Source: Octopus sinensis (Eukaryota). Taken from it: DNA of 64,000 nucleotides. Positions 26,913-41,537 of the stretch are shown piece by piece. Below the pieces are notes generated by a model. The model was given only the letters and a program-made list of their open reading frames with translations. It was not told the DNA's origin and made no database searches. Numbering within the stretch: position 1 is the stretch's first letter; each line of letters begins with the position of its first letter. The stretch covers positions 42,470,001 to 42,534,000 of the forward strand of contig NC_042998.1 in the NCBI RefSeq assembly GCF_006345805.1. The letters run 5' to 3'. The translations under genes were made by a program, and so were the position numbers.

Positions 26913-28969
26913 ATATATAAAAATGAATAGAAAACGGAGATATACAACTGACAATTCAAAAATAATAATTTATTAACATAATGTTATATTATATTCTTAT
27001 AATAATATGATATAATATAATATAATATAATATAATATAATAAATAATAAATACAAATTACATACAATTGCTTCAATTCTTACCCATAATAAAACTATTA
27101 AAATCCATTGGTTGTAGGTAAGAATCTCTTCAGTGTAATTTTTGATATAGTAGGATTCACAGATCCAAGAAAAGACTGAATTTAAATGTATCTATGTTTT
27201 TCAGCATGAGAGACAATAATTAAAAACAAAATCAAAAGTAAAAAGTGAAAAATAAATTATGAAAAATAAACAGTCATAAAATATAAATGTATAGTATTAA
27301 GTATTTTTATCTAAATATATCTTAGTGCATTAGTTTTTTTTAAATACCAGGAACATATTTTATTTATTTACATTTTTTGTTGATAGTTGCAGAAGTTACA
27401 GAGTGACTCATGGGATGTGAGTTTTGTATGTTGACACTTATTATCAATGCATGAAATGCTTGGTCCTTGTGTCACTCTGTAACTTCTGCCAATCATTAAT
27501 AAAAAAATATATATATATGTATATACTCATATATATATATATATACTCATTTTATACACACACACACACGCAGAGGCACACACACACACACATACACACA
27601 CACACAAAACAGGTTTCTTTCAACCAAATCCACTCACAAGGCTTTGATCAACCCAGGACTATTGTAGATGTCACCTGCTCAAGGTTCCACATAGTGAGAC
27701 TGAACCTAAAACCATGTGGTTGGGAAGCAAATTTCCCAACCACACAACCACACCTGCACCAATAACCATGCCAGCACCTTTGATGTAGAAAATTTAATGT
27801 AAGCAAAAATTCTTGTTTCATGTGTTCATACAATATTCAAATGACTTAAATCACATTTATAGCATACAATTATGCTGTGACTGCGAAGATCCAACAAATA
27901 ATGTGAGTTCATGGTTATTTCCTGCACCAGCTTCACATAGAAGCCCCAGCCCATTCAAAGTACCTTGGATCACAGGATAGCCTGCTGTGCTTTAGGAGAC
28001 CTATTGAGTCAAGTACGTCAACATCAAAAAAGTCAAATGAAAATTGTAGTTGTGATACCTGTGCTGGTGGCACATAAAAAGCACCATCTGTATGTGACTG
28101 ATGCCAGCACTGCCTTGACGAGCTTCCGTGCCAGTGGCACATAAAAAGCAGCAACCGATCGTGGCCATTGCCAGCCTTGCCTGGCACATAAAAAGTATCC
28201 ACTACACTCACAGAGTGGTTGATATTAGGAAGGGCATCCAGCTGTAGAAACACTGCCCGATCAGAGTGGAGCCTGTTGCAGCCTCCTGGATTCCCAGACC
28301 CAGGTCGAACCGTCCAACCCATGCTAGCATGGAAAACGGACGTTAAACGATAATGATGATAATGATGATGATGATGATGATGATGAATTACTCAATGATT
28401 AAAAAAACTTGTTGAGACATATTTAGTATGATTATTATTTGTCTTCTATATTTAAACTGCATTTTATAAGAAAAAATCCATGGAAATTTTATTTATTATA
28501 TTATACAGTAATGTAGTGTCTGCTTCTACAAAATTTCTGTATACAATATTTTGTTTTAGACAAAAGATCCATTTTCATTCATTATTTTTGTTATAATACT
28601 AAGTCTACTTAAATTTCCTATTCTGGACATAGCTACACAAAAGTGACTATAAGAAAAGCATTCATTGTTTTTTAGGTAGATTCCAACTTTTGAATGTGTT
28701 TGACCTTGAGCTTTGTGAATTGTAAGATCAAAGAACAGGCTGAGAGCAAACTGATGCATTTTGTCTTTTCTTTATTCTTCCGTGCTGTCTTTTTCTCTCA
28801 CTTAATCTTCCCTTCAGTAATTCTTTTTGTCATGCTCTAATCTCTTATCTAGAATATTTAACCCATGCACATTTTCTATCTTTCTCTGTCACATTCTTTT
28901 CTTAACTTCTCTTTCTTTTCTCAAAAAAGAGAGTGAGAAAAAGAGGGAGAGAACCACAGATATATAGAA

Positions 28970-29018
<49 letters not shown>

Positions 29019-29879
29019 TAAAAAACTTAAGAGGACTTGAATATTATAAAAAATGTGAAATTTTACAACTGTTTTACTCTCTATTATTTCTTTTTTTGTT
29101 CATTATTGAGAGAAAGAAAGTGTATATAAGATAAAATATAACAACCCCAATGAACATAAACGGAAACATATATGTAAAGAACTTATTACCCAATATTTAT
29201 ACATAGCTGCATATGCATATGAGTATCTGTGTGTATATATACATAGGTTACATATATGTATCATTCTTCTCTCCTTCATTGATTCTCTTTATCACTGTTA
29301 AAAACTTAATGTATACACTTTGTCACTCTTCTCTTTTTCATCTCCTTTTTCGGCTCTGTCTCTTCCTTTCTTTTACCTGTACAGCTATGTATTATAGATC
29401 TTTATAATTCATTCATGGGAGCATGTACATATGCACACAGGGACTTGATATAAATTTATAAAGAGATTCTCTTCTCTAAACCATATTTAGTTCACTTAGT
29501 GATTTCCTTTCACTTCTTTTATATGATTTAATCTGTCCATTCAGACGAGTCCCTCTCATTATGTTTCCTTGACTTAAATTCAACCAGTTTCATTGAGCTT
29601 TACAATTCATATTTTGTAGCATAAATTTATCGTGAGAACTTCTTTGCTTGTAAGTCACTTCTGATTTCAACAATTTGAGTTTTATTGCTCTAATTAACAA
29701 ATATGATGACCACATATTTTTAGCCTCAATTCTTATGCTGTGTAAAGAAACATATGTATATATAAGACCAGATTCATTAAGCTTCTGATAATATATGAAA
29801 AAAATTAAAATAATGTTGCAAATTTGCTTTATGTCTAGCTTCACAGTCCTTGGTAGAGTCTCTGACTGAGAAGAGACAA

Positions 29880-30600
29880 CCATGAGGCCATTGTGTTGCA
29901 CCATCTGAAGCCACCGTTCTGCCAGTTTTTTGATCCCACACTGATGCCAGTTCGTGTCCTTTGGGATAAAGAACTACTTCACTGAAGCTTCTTCCTCCTT
30001 CTTGTAAGTGCAGGAAGTGAACTATGGATCAGAGCTAGTAATAATCCAAGGGAGATACTTTCCTGCAATCCTAATACACATAAGCAGTGGCTAAGCAAGG
30101 GTCAGCTTTCAGATCCTGTTGTCAAACATGTGTTTTTCAAACATAAGGAGATGTTTTGTGTCTACTTTTGTTCTGGACAGTTGAACCATCAATGCCAATC
30201 TGTACTCTGAACAGCTGGAGTGGATGTATGGCACTGTGCAGCAAAACTACCCAGCATTAGTTAAAGGAAAGCGAGCTCTTCTGCAGCAAGACAGTGCAAG
30301 ACCTCAAACAATCCGGGATAAACTCCAGAAATCTGAGGAAATTGAAGTAGTTCCACACCCTGTATATAGTGTGGACCTAGTTCCTTCTGATTATTACTTG
30401 TTCTGATCCATGGCTCACTTCCTGCACTTGCAATGCTTCAACTAAGAGAAGGTGGAAGCTTCTGTGTGGAATCAAAGAACTGGCAGAAAGGTGACTTCAA
30501 ACAGTGCAACATAATGATCACTACTTTGAGTGCTAGGCTGCTTTTGTTGTAACTTGAATAAAGCAAATAAGATACCAAAATATTGCAAAACTTTTGAATC
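29880..30600. mobile_element. Two mariner transposase fragments in opposite orientation
   Basis: Plus: QQDSARP and PHPVYSVDLVPSDYYLF. Minus: GIKKLAERWLQMVQHNG. Confidence 0.7.
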
Positions 30601-31106
30601 ATATCAATACTAAAATGAACAATAATAAATCTCTGAACGAGGTATAAACAATAGCTACATGACAATGTGAAGTATATTTGTCATTTAAATGTGGCTAACC
30701 ACTAAGGGTGGATGCTACTGTAGCTTGTAGCCCCAGGAGAAGATCTTCTTCAGCTGGCTATTGACACACTTTCTGTACCCTATCAGTATTTGCAAAGGGA
30801 AGCCATCCTTTCCATCGTCGACCTGACTTGATACACATGAACGCGGGGTTCTGGTATTTACCCATCATCTACTAAAATGAACTACATTATACTACATCTA
30901 ATGAGGGTGCATAATAGGGGTAGCATGGAGAAATACAAGGTATAACTTCAACTGCTGTCCTGTCTTTGCTTTTGTAGTTCACTTTTGTGTTTCAAAATAC
31001 ATTGTTTCAGCCCTAACAAGTTTTTGTCTAAAACAAGCATGATTGTTTTAATTAGCAGAAGACAAAATATTAAAAATGTAACTGTAGGATTAAAAAAGTA
31101 ACTTAC

Positions 31107-31215
31107 GTTTTTCTGAGGAGATTAGATGCACTGAAGAATTAGAATCTCTTGCATGATTCATATTTGGGTTCGAACATTTTACTGTTTGAATTATTCCTCT
31201 ATTGTACAGTTTATC
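31107..31215 (-). CDS. TBC1D2: Coding exon 5 (DKLYNRGIIQTVKCSNPNMNHARDSNSSVHLISSEK)
   Basis: ttttacag acceptor; GTAAGT donor; phase 0/1. Confidence 0.75.
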
Positions 31216-31267
31216 CTGTAAAATATATAAAACATAGATTTAGAAACAAGTCTTTTCCACATATAGA

Positions 31268-31318
<51 letters not shown>

Positions 31319-31588
31319 TTGGACTAATGAGTATACATCAATTAGTGTGCTGATGTGTTGAGTAAAACATTGGCAGTTTGGGATGCTGTCATCTGCAGTT
31401 GGAATATATTTCCTTTGGATCTACTTCAAGAATTCTGTCATATTAATTGAGAAAATAATCAAATTATGTGAACGGAAGATGGAATTGGTATAACTCTTGA
31501 TTTTGTATGATGATTGTTTCAACCAATGTGGACTGTTGGCGATTTTTTTTTTTCTGTCTTCCTTTTCTCTTGGACTTTCCTGTCTCCT

Positions 31589-31623
31589 GCTTCTGAAGAA
31601 GAGCTTTGCTCAAAATGTAAAAC
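31589..31623 (+). ncRNA. CpG-decayed hammerhead remnant
   Basis: GCTT-CTGAAGA-A-GAGC(TTT)GCTC-AAAA-TG-TA-AAAC, consistent with CGAAACG decayed to CAAAATG. Confidence 0.5.
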
Positions 31624-31829
31624 ACCTGGCAGATACTGGTGTCATACAAATGGCACCCATGCCAGTGACACGTAAAAGCACCCATTACACTCTCGGAGTA
31701 GTTGGCGTTAGGAAGGACATTCAGCCACAGAAAACCATTCCAAATCTGACTGGAGTCTGAAACAGCCTTCCAGCATACCAGGCCTGGTCAAACTGTCCAA
31801 TTCATGCTAACATGGACAATGGACATTAA

Positions 31830-31891
<62 letters not shown>

Positions 31892-32087
31892 AATGATGAT
31901 GATGATGATGTGTATATATATATACATATATATATCAATTAAATATAAGGATAAAATCTATATAAGATTTTATCAAGTAGTCAGTATGTAAAACCAATCA
32001 AGGTAAGAAATTAATACTAAGCATGTGGCTTTACTTAGAGAAGCAGCCCTTAATGTAATAATAATAATAATAATCATAGTAGTAGTA

Positions 32088-32158
<71 letters not shown>

Positions 32159-32693
32159 AACAGTAGTTCTCATGGCTTCTGATCTTAACTGATTGGAAGT
32201 GTTATCATGTACATTGTTTTGTTTTGGTATAAAAGATGGGCTACAGCAAATATTCTGCTCAATACCACAGATTTGCTTGTCAGTTGTTTGACCATAACCA
32301 GTTGAGCATGTCCCTTAGTGGCTGATGATATGTGCATCTCTGATCATGAGTAGAAGTAGTGGGGGAGCATCATAGCTGTGTGTTGAAAGGAATTCTTAGA
32401 GGTTTGGATAATTCACCTTTGGAAACATGAGTGGTTCGTTCAACATCCTTAAACAATCCTTATTCAGGGACCTTTTGAGCAGGATGTGCTACTCGACCAA
32501 AAGAAAATTCTAACTGGGCCCCACCTGCAAGGTTGTTTGCTGTTTATCTTGATATGAGATCACAATGTCACGCACATATGGTTGTGATGCATGTGCCTGG
32601 TGTACCTTATCAGACGGGTAATCATGATAGGTATACTGGGCTTTGTATATTTTACCCCAGTGTCACTTGATGGCATGCACTGCTCTCTCACTC

Positions 32694-32728
<35 letters not shown>

Positions 32729-32746
32729 TGATGATGATAATATATA

Positions 32747-32826
<80 letters not shown>

Positions 32827-32829
<3 letters not shown>

Positions 32830-33571
32830 GTAGACCCAGGAAAACCTGGGACGAGGTGGTGAAGAACGACCTTCGCGCTTTAGGTCTCACCGAGAAAATG
32901 ACCAGAGACCGAGACCTTTGGAAGTATGCTGTGCGCGAGAAGACCCGGCAGGACATGTGAGGCCATAACCCATGGCCCCTACCTGGGACGTAGTCAGTCC
33001 ACCTGTGCATACCTTCCTTCTTGGGTCACATAACTCTACTTGTGAAGACCTGTTGAGGCAAGTGAAAATCAAATCAAATCAAAATCGATGAACATCAATG
33101 GAATTTGTATTTTTGTGGTACCAGTGCCAGTGGCACATAAGAAAACCATCCGAACGTGGCCGTAGCCAGTACCACATCGACTGGCCTCCATGCTGTGGGC
33201 ACGTAACAAACACCATCCGATCGTGACTGTGCCAGCCTCGCCTGGCCTCCATGCTGGTGGCACGTAGAAAACACCATCTGAGCGTGGCCGTTTGCCAGCC
33301 TCGTCTGGCACCTGTGTCGGTGGCACAAAAAAAAAACACCATCCGAGCGTGGCCGGTCACCAGCCTTGTCTGGCACCTGTGTCGGTGGCACATAAAAAGC
33401 ACCCACTACACTCATGGAGTGGTTGGCGTTAGGAAGGGCATCCAGCTGTAGAAACACTGCCAGATCTGACTGGCCTGGTGCAGCCTTCAGGCTTCCCAGA
33501 CCCCAGTTGAACCGTCCAACCCATGCTAGCATGGAAAGCGGACGTTAAATGATGTTGATGATGATGATGAT
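32827..33571 (+). mobile_element. RTE 3' fragment in (TA)n. Further 3'-UTR-only copies at ~2348-2460, 12540-12760, 18056-18298, 27884-28385, 31625-31910, 34440-34868, 35530-35890, 36205-36749, 51578-52031, 56446-56770 (minus), 61530-61994
   Basis: Shared terminus GGCGTTAGGAAGGGCATCCAGCTGTAGAAAC...CATGGAAAGCGGACGTTAAACGATGATGAT. Confidence 0.85.
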
Positions 33572-35159
33572 ATGTATGACAAGTTGTAGATAATAATCAT
33601 TACATATTTTTACTTTTTAAATTAAATTTGGCTTACAGCTGTTTCCAGTAGTCATTATAAGTATGTTACTAATAAGTTTACTCAGTCAGTCTATTGATCA
33701 GTTGTTTCCAATGTCCATAACCATTATCTATACTTGTCTTATATATCACTCTGTATAAACCAGTTTGTTTGGGGCCCAACCATGGATTTACAATATAGAA
33801 TTGTGATGAGCCATAACCTTGCACTCTAAGAATACTTGGAGTCCTTCACTAATCGCAACAATAATGTTAGCCTGGTGTACCAACAGAGCACTTATGAAGT
33901 ATTTTGACTTGATTGCTAATCCTTCACTATTAGCTTTATGTATGTATGTATGTATGTATGTATGTATGTACGTATGTATGTATGTATGTATGTATGTATG
34001 TATGTATGTATGTATGTATGTATGTATGTATGTATGTATGCATGCATGCATGTATATTTGTATGTACTATGTAGTTACATATATATGTGTATTTATGTGT
34101 GTCTATATATATCTTCATATATGTATATGAATATGTGTGTGTGTTATTTTTTCTTTCACGAGCCTTACGTCTTCATGAGCTGGAGCTTACACTAGAATCC
34201 ATGGTGTATAGATGACTGAGATTACAACATTATCTACCGAATGGGATACCGGTCCCTCATTGTGTTGACTTCCCAAGCTATTGATAGAACTCAATTACAG
34301 TCGAGTGGACTGAGCAATGTGAAATAAAATGTTTTACTCAAGAACACAATGCACCTCTGGACAAGGAATGAAGATCCCGATCTTACAATTATGAATACAA
34401 TATCCTAACCACTATTCCACATATATACATATATTATGAGTGAGATCGTTGCCAGAACAACAAGCTGGCCTCCGTGCCGTTGGCATGTTAAAAACACCAT
34501 TTGAGTGTGATCATTGCCTGTGTCACCTAACTAGCACTTGTGCTGGTGGCACGTGGAAAAAAAACATTCGAGCGCGGTTGTTGTCAGTGCCGCTGGACTG
34601 GCTCCTGTGCAGGTGGCACATAAAAAGCACCATTTGAGTATGGCCATTGCCAGTACCGCCTGACTGGACCTTGTGCCAGTGGCACGTAAAAGCACCCACT
34701 ACACTCTCAGAGTGGTTGGCATTAGGAAGGGCATCAAGCTGTAGAAACTCTTCCAGATCAGATTGGAGTCTGGTGCAGCCATCTGGTTCGCCAAACCTCA
34801 GTCAAATCGTCCAACCCATGCTGGCATGGAAAGCGGACGTTAAACGATGATGATGATGATGATGATGATAAAATCATGATATTACATGTGTCATACAAAA
34901 CATCTTCAGAAGCCACATGTGGCCTGAATACCATAGGTTTTCTATGTCTGTGTTAGTATTTACTCAGCTATAACAACAATCATAATTCCAATCATGTCAG
35001 CAGTAAAGTTATAGAATAAATTTAACACCATCAAAACTAACAAAACCTATAATTTCAACAAAATTTACTCATAGCTGAAAGAATAGTGTAATAACTATTA
35101 TAAATATATTTAGTAACTTGGCAGAAACATCCATCAAATTTAGATTAAATATGCATTAC

Positions 35160-35240
35160 TTTATCATAGCTGTTTTCTTCAGTTGGATATTCAGATTCAT
35201 TTACAGTACAGCACAGACAAGAATAATGCATTTGTTTGGC
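35160..35240 (-). CDS. TBC1D2: Coding exon 4 (AKQMHYSCLCCTVNESEYPTEENSYDK)
   Basis: Polypyrimidine tract with tttcag acceptor; GTAATG donor; phase 0/0. Confidence 0.75.
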
Positions 35241-37752
35241 CTGAAACCAGAGAAAAATAAGTAATGACATGTTATTTCAAAATTAACAAACCAATGAATA
35301 AATAAAATGAAAAATAAATGAATAAGTGAATAAATAAATATGCAAAAATAATAAATAACAGAATAAATTAATAGATTTCTACTCTTGTAAAATACTTAAT
35401 TAGAATATTTCTCCAATTATATTACAAATGTTCCATGAGAAATTTCATTATTTTCATAATTTTATTTTTCTCTGTATGTCCATTTTGACATGAGAAGAAG
35501 GCCAGTTGTATTTGGTAAATACAATTTACTTGCCTGCGTCACCTTACTAGCACTTGTGCTGGTGGCACGTGAAAAACAAAATAACATTCGAGTGAGGTCG
35601 TTGCCAGTGCCACTAGACTGGCTCCTGTGCAGGTAGCATGTAAAAAGCACCATTTGAGCGTGGCCGGTGCCAGTACCACCTGACTGGCCCTCGTGCCGGT
35701 GGCATGTAAAAGCACCCACTACACTCTCGGAGTGGTTGGTGTTAGAAAGGGCATCCAGCTGTAGAAACTCTACCAGATCAGATTGGAGTCTGGTGTAGCC
35801 ATCTGGTTCACCAGACCTCAAGTCAAATTGTCCAACCCATGCTAGCATGGAAAGTGGATGTTAAACGATGGCAATGATGCTGATGGTGATGAATTATTGT
35901 TTGAAATTTTGGGATTAGTTTGCAATAGGGAATTCAAGCATTGAGGGAATTCAAGGGGTATTTAAAACTTTGGAGCAAGGACTGAGTTATGAACTTAATA
36001 GATTACAATAGAAAGTGTGATGATTTAACAGAGATGTAACAAATGGATATCTTTTATATTATTTTTAATTGTTATCAGCGTGGAGCTGGCAGAATACTTA
36101 GTATGCTGGACAAAATGCTTAGCTGCATTTCTTCTGGCTTTATGTGCTGAGTTTGAATTCCACCAAGGTTAACTTTGCTTTTCATCCTTTCAGGATCAAT
36201 AAAGGTCAAGTGTGACCTTCGTATGTTGGGCCTCACAGAGGCTATGACGAAAGACCGAGATCTCTGGAGATATGCTGTGACTTCGAAGACCCGACAAATG
36301 AAGTGAGTTCATGGCTTGCAGGATGACCTGCAGCTAACCCTGGTTCGTAGGGCAGCCTGCTGTGCTTGAGGAGACCTATTGAGTCAAGTACGTTAACACC
36401 AACATCAAAATGAAAATCAAATGGAAATTGTAGTTAAGATACCTGCGCCGGTGGCATGTAAAAACACCTTCCGAATGTGGCCGATGCCAGCACCGCCTAA
36501 GTGGCGTTCATATCGGTGACACATAAAAAGCACCAACCGATCGTGGCCATTTGCCAGCCTTCTCTGGCCCCTGTGCTGGTGGCACATTAAAAGCACCCAC
36601 TACACTCACAGAGTGGTTGGCATTAAGAAGTACATCCAGCAGTAGAAACACTGCCAAATCAGACTGGAGCCTGGCACAGACCCCGGTTGAACCGTCCAAC
36701 CCATGCTAGTATGGAAAACGGATGTTGAACGATGATGATGATGATGATGAGCACTGGGGTTAATGTAAACAACTACCCACCTCATCTCCAAAATTTTCAG
36801 ATCATGTACCCTTATTTTTTTTATCTTTTAGTCAGGAAAGAAGACTGTGATTATGACTTACTACAGAGCCTCAAAAATATGTGGGAGAGACATTCTTAGT
36901 CAGCGACCTGGATTGAATTCTTGTAACAGAATGGATTCTGACCAAGGTACCCAATGAACCAGGTGGTGTTAAACTGGGTAACAGATTAAGTGTACCATGC
37001 AAGAAGGCCAAGGTGAGATTTGAATTCAGAATGCAAAGAGCTGAATAAATATTGCAAAGCATCCCATCTGATGTCCTTGCTGTTCCACTAATCCATTGCA
37101 TTGAATTTGTACTTTTTATCCACCCCTAAAAGATGAAAGTAAAGTTGACCTAAGCAGGATCTGAACTCTGAGTGCAGTACAATATTAACTTGTAAACTTT
37201 TTATATACTTGGTGGTATACTATGGTTGCAAAACAAAATACTGTGTCCTTGCTATCAATTAATATTATATATTTGTGCATTATATCAGTTAACCCTTGCC
37301 TGTCCAAAGCATTTTCATGTTATAACTATCTTGTTTTTCTTTCCCTGGAACAATATAATCTGGAATACTTCATCCCATGTCTCCTTCCTTGGTAAGACTG
37401 TAGAGAGTTATTTGAAGGGTATTGGCTGATACTTTTAGTAGTCTGAGCAAACATTTAGAAGCTCCCCACCTTTACTGGTTTGAGGAAATGTAGTGTTTTC
37501 TTCATATATCATATATCTGTGGTTTGGTGTTTTTTTAAGTAGGTAAATTGTTATGTGCCATGGTGGAATATGCTTTAATTATTTGTGAAAAGATGTCTGT
37601 CAAAAGATATATGAGAATACAGTTTGAGAACAGCAGGTGAGAAGGGATTGTGCATCATCTACAGGTGCATGTAAGTGTGTGTGCATGTGTGTGTGAGTGA
37701 ATGAATGCATGTGTATGAAATGATGCTTATGTTAGAAAGAGTGCGAGTGACT

Positions 37753-37791
<39 letters not shown>

Positions 37792-39723
37792 CGTGCACGT
37801 GCATGTGCATTTGATTAGATGTAACAACTTGTAGCTCATTATTGTTAATAAGAAAAGAGCAGGAGAAATAATCAAATCCTGAAGTTGTCAGGATGAGACT
37901 TGGAGAGCATACAGTCAACACATACCTCAATGGAACAAGCTAATAGTAGGCTTTTAATCTGTGAAGTCTTTGAAGGAATAAAGAGCAAAGACTTTATTTT
38001 CAGTCATGTTTTTACGGGGAAGATCCCATAGTGAATGACATACAAGATAGTCTCCAGTATTTCTAGGATCTGTACAAATTATACTTGCAGTTTCTGTGAA
38101 GGGAAAGATGACTAAATTGATAAAAAGGTGGCCATTTACAATCATTTCCATTACTTTAAAGAAGCTGGAGATAAGAGCTAAAGATCAATAGTTGGTAGTG
38201 TTAGAAAAGTTTTCTTTGTTGGGTCTAGAAGGCATTGCTGTATGTTAAAATTAGAGAGTATTAACCTTTTGCCTGTCCTGTGTAATACAAGTAATATACA
38301 AGACACTAACCTTTCATCATCTGGCACAAGATCCCCTCTGGCACAATGCCCCTTCCCCTCTCAAAATTCCTTGTCTTGCAAGTTACTTGGTGACCCTGCC
38401 GGTGCTGGTGCCACATAAAAAGCATTCAGTTCACCCTGTGAAGTGGTTGGCATTTGGAAGGGCATCCAGCTATAAAAATCACGCCAACAAATTGACCCCA
38501 GTACATATTCTTAAAGTCTGTTACTTATTCTATTGGTCTCTTTAGCCAAACTGCTAAGTTATGGAGCTATAAACAAACCAACACCAGTTGTCAAACAATG
38601 GGAGTAGGAAACAAATATAAAGACACACACACACACATATATAAACGATGGGCTTCCACACAGTTTCTATCTACCAAATTCACTCACAAAGCATTAGTCA
38701 GCTCATGGCTATAATTGAAGATACTTGCCCATGGGTGTAAAGCAAGTTTCTTAATCACATTTGTAGTGCCTGTGAGGCCTTTGAAAATAAATGATAGTGA
38801 ATTTTTTTCCCGGGGCCCTTAACTCTTTGAAGGAGTCATAGTGGGCCCTATTGAGGTATATGGCATGTCTTGTGAATTTTAAGAACTCTCTAGGACTGGC
38901 TACAGCTAATTTCTTTCAGAAGAGAGAAAGGTGGGCAGAAAAAAATAAAACAGTAAGAGAAGTGGCCCCAGTACAGGAATAATACTTTACTTATTGACCC
39001 CGAAAAGATGAAAGGCTAAGTTGATCTCAGCAGGATTTGAATTCAAAGTAAAGAAGTCTGTAATGAATACTGCAAACCGATCTATCCAATGCTCCAACAC
39101 CTCTGCCCATTGGCTGCTGATACAAAAGTAATGTTATTAAGAAGAAAAGTAGAAATCATTGTTAAAGACATGTGTGACATTGTTTGATATTTCAGTTTTG
39201 AACTACAAGGGAGAAAGAAATTGATTCAAGACTGTAAAGAAAACTATTCAAATCAGATAAACATTATTATGTTAATGCTTAAAAGTGTATTATATGTCAA
39301 AGCTACCAGATGGCTTAACTGCAAGTCACAGCTTAAAAACTTTGTCAGCTTGACAATCTCTGAAAATAGTTTGACATTGACTTATTGATTTGATAAAATA
39401 ATTGTTTTAGCCGTTGTAATCAACTAAAATTGAAATTTACTTTGCAGGAAATGGTATTGATTTTTATCTCCTTTCCAGTTTTTATCTTTGACTCATCTCT
39501 GCTGTCCAGGCTATACTCTATACTCCAACTTTTCTCTGAAACATAGTGCCTGCATGTAGTGTATATAGAATCTGCAGGAGTGGCTGTGTGGTAAGTAGCT
39601 TGCTTACCAACCACATGGTTCCGGGTTCAGTCCCACTGCATGGCACCTTGGGCAAGTGTCTTCTACTATAGCCTCGGGCCGACCAAAGCCTTGTGAATAG
39701 ACGGAAACTGAAAGAAGCCCATC

Positions 39724-39828
<105 letters not shown>

Positions 39829-40853
39829 GTATATGTGTGTGTGTGTATGTGTATGTTTGTGTGTCTGTGTTTGTCCCCCCAACATCGCTTGACAACCGGT
39901 GCTGGTGTGTTTAAGTCTCCATCACTTAGCGGTTCAGCAAGAGAGACCGATAGAATAAGTCCTGGGGTCGATTTGCTTGACCAAAAGTGGTGCTCCAGCA
40001 TGGCCACAGTCAAATGACTGAAACAAATAAAGAAAAATAAATCCCTTCTTCCTATCATTTGCTTCTCAGTTGGACTTCCAATTACTGGTACAAGGTCTCT
40101 CTTCCCCCATTTCTTTATGTTTATTTGCTGTCTACACAGCTCTTTAAACTCCTCCAGTCACCATCAACTATTTGACTGTTTCATGTTTTCCATTACATGT
40201 CATCTGTTTCACTTTTCTCTAAAATTATTGTCCTTGGTCACTCAATGTATATAAACTCTTCTTGGTCCCTATATATTAACTCACAATATATTAACACTAT
40301 TGGTAAGAAAGTTTACCATTCTAATCTCTTTGCATTAGCTAGTATAAGCATAAAATGAATAGTGATCCTACCCAAAACATTCACTAATGGAGACATGGCA
40401 ATCTTTTTTCTTTTAACTTCACAAAGATACATTCACTACACATGTCAAGAAAACAATCTTGTACCTCACACTCTTTTGGACAATAAGCAATTAAAACTCT
40501 CAAAGTTGCAACAAATGTTGTTCTCATAATTTCTGAAAGTCACTTTTGCTTAGTTCCTGTTCTCAGCATAGCAAGAATTTTAATCTAAAGACTGTCCTTA
40601 TTCTTCAGAAGCAGGAAATATTTCAGCTCTAAAAATTTGCTCTGCTCTAAAATCAAAATCAGACATAAAATAGAATATTGTTCCCATATATGGGATGATA
40701 TACATAAACATCCTAGATTACACCCAAATGAACATCACCTAGTAGATTGTCAAAAATTCTCTCACTCATAAACTTCAACTGTTATTCCACAAATTCACTA
40801 CTTTTCCTATTTGCTTTTGCTACTGCACTACAATAGCATTTGTTTCTCTAGAC

Positions 40854-41189
40854 CAATGGTTCTAAATCAGGGTCCACATGGCTCCTGAGGATTCATATAA
40901 GATTTTTGAGGGTCCATGCAACAGAATAGTAAACAATAATATTTTAAGGGCCCTTGAAAAAGTTTTGCTTTAGATGTATATCGGTATGTATCGCAAGAAA
41001 CAGCTGAATTTCTTTCTCTAATATTTTACATGGTTCAGCCTACACAAGCTAATGTGTGAAAAACAAAATAGGAATTTTGGAAGAAGTTTCTATAAAACTA
41101 GTTTTTAAACATCAAAAGGTTACGAGGTTCCACCAGAATAAAATAGTAATGAAAAGAGTCCATAGATAAAAAATGGTTGAGAAATCCTG
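40854..41189. mobile_element. hAT (Charlie-type) non-autonomous DNA transposon
   Basis: 8-bp TSD CTCTAGAC (40846-40853 and 41190-41197); degenerate CAGGGGTTCTCAA-type TIRs. Confidence 0.75.
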
Positions 41190-41334
41190 CTCTAGACTAT
41201 CAAATTGTATAATTACCCCCACTCCATACACATCTCTTCTCTTGTCACCCTAACCAAACTTCATACCAACTACTGTGCACAAGAATCTCATTTCCATCTC
41301 TATAATTCCTTTCCCACTCAACATTTTTCTTTAG

Positions 41335-41537
41335 TTACGGAGATGTATTTGCATAGCAAGTGACCTGATCTGAGATCGTGTGCTGGAATGAAAACAATTG
41401 CAGCGTGGAAGGTGTTTATAAGCCATTTAAGAAACACACAAAAGCCGTTAGATTCACTTCAACATATAGATTTAATTTGTCAAAATATTTTCGTCTCTTT
41501 GAGACTGCGACCTGTTCACTGACAAAATTCTGTGCTG
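41335..41537 (-). mobile_element. 203-bp non-autonomous retroelement carrying a hammerhead, with a 13-bp TSD
   Basis: CATTTTTCTTTAG is duplicated at 41322-41334 and 41538-41550. Confidence 0.75.
41476..41526 (-). ncRNA. Minimal type I hammerhead ribozyme, G3-C8 core variant
   Basis: TTTGTCA-GTGAACA-G-GTCGC(AGTCTCAAA)GAGAC-GAAA-ATAT-TT-TGACAAA: 7-bp stem I, palindromic stem III AATATT. Confidence 0.7.

Noticed and set aside
27063-27192. Exon-like segment on the minus strand with GTAAGA and GTATGT donor candidates
   Set aside because: No frame with a good acceptor fits the phase 1/1 requirement, and exons 5 and 6 join correctly without it
33631-33700. GAAACAGCTGTAAG on the minus strand (hammerhead stem III half)
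   Set aside because: No recognisable CUGAnGA core or matching stem I; at most a remnant
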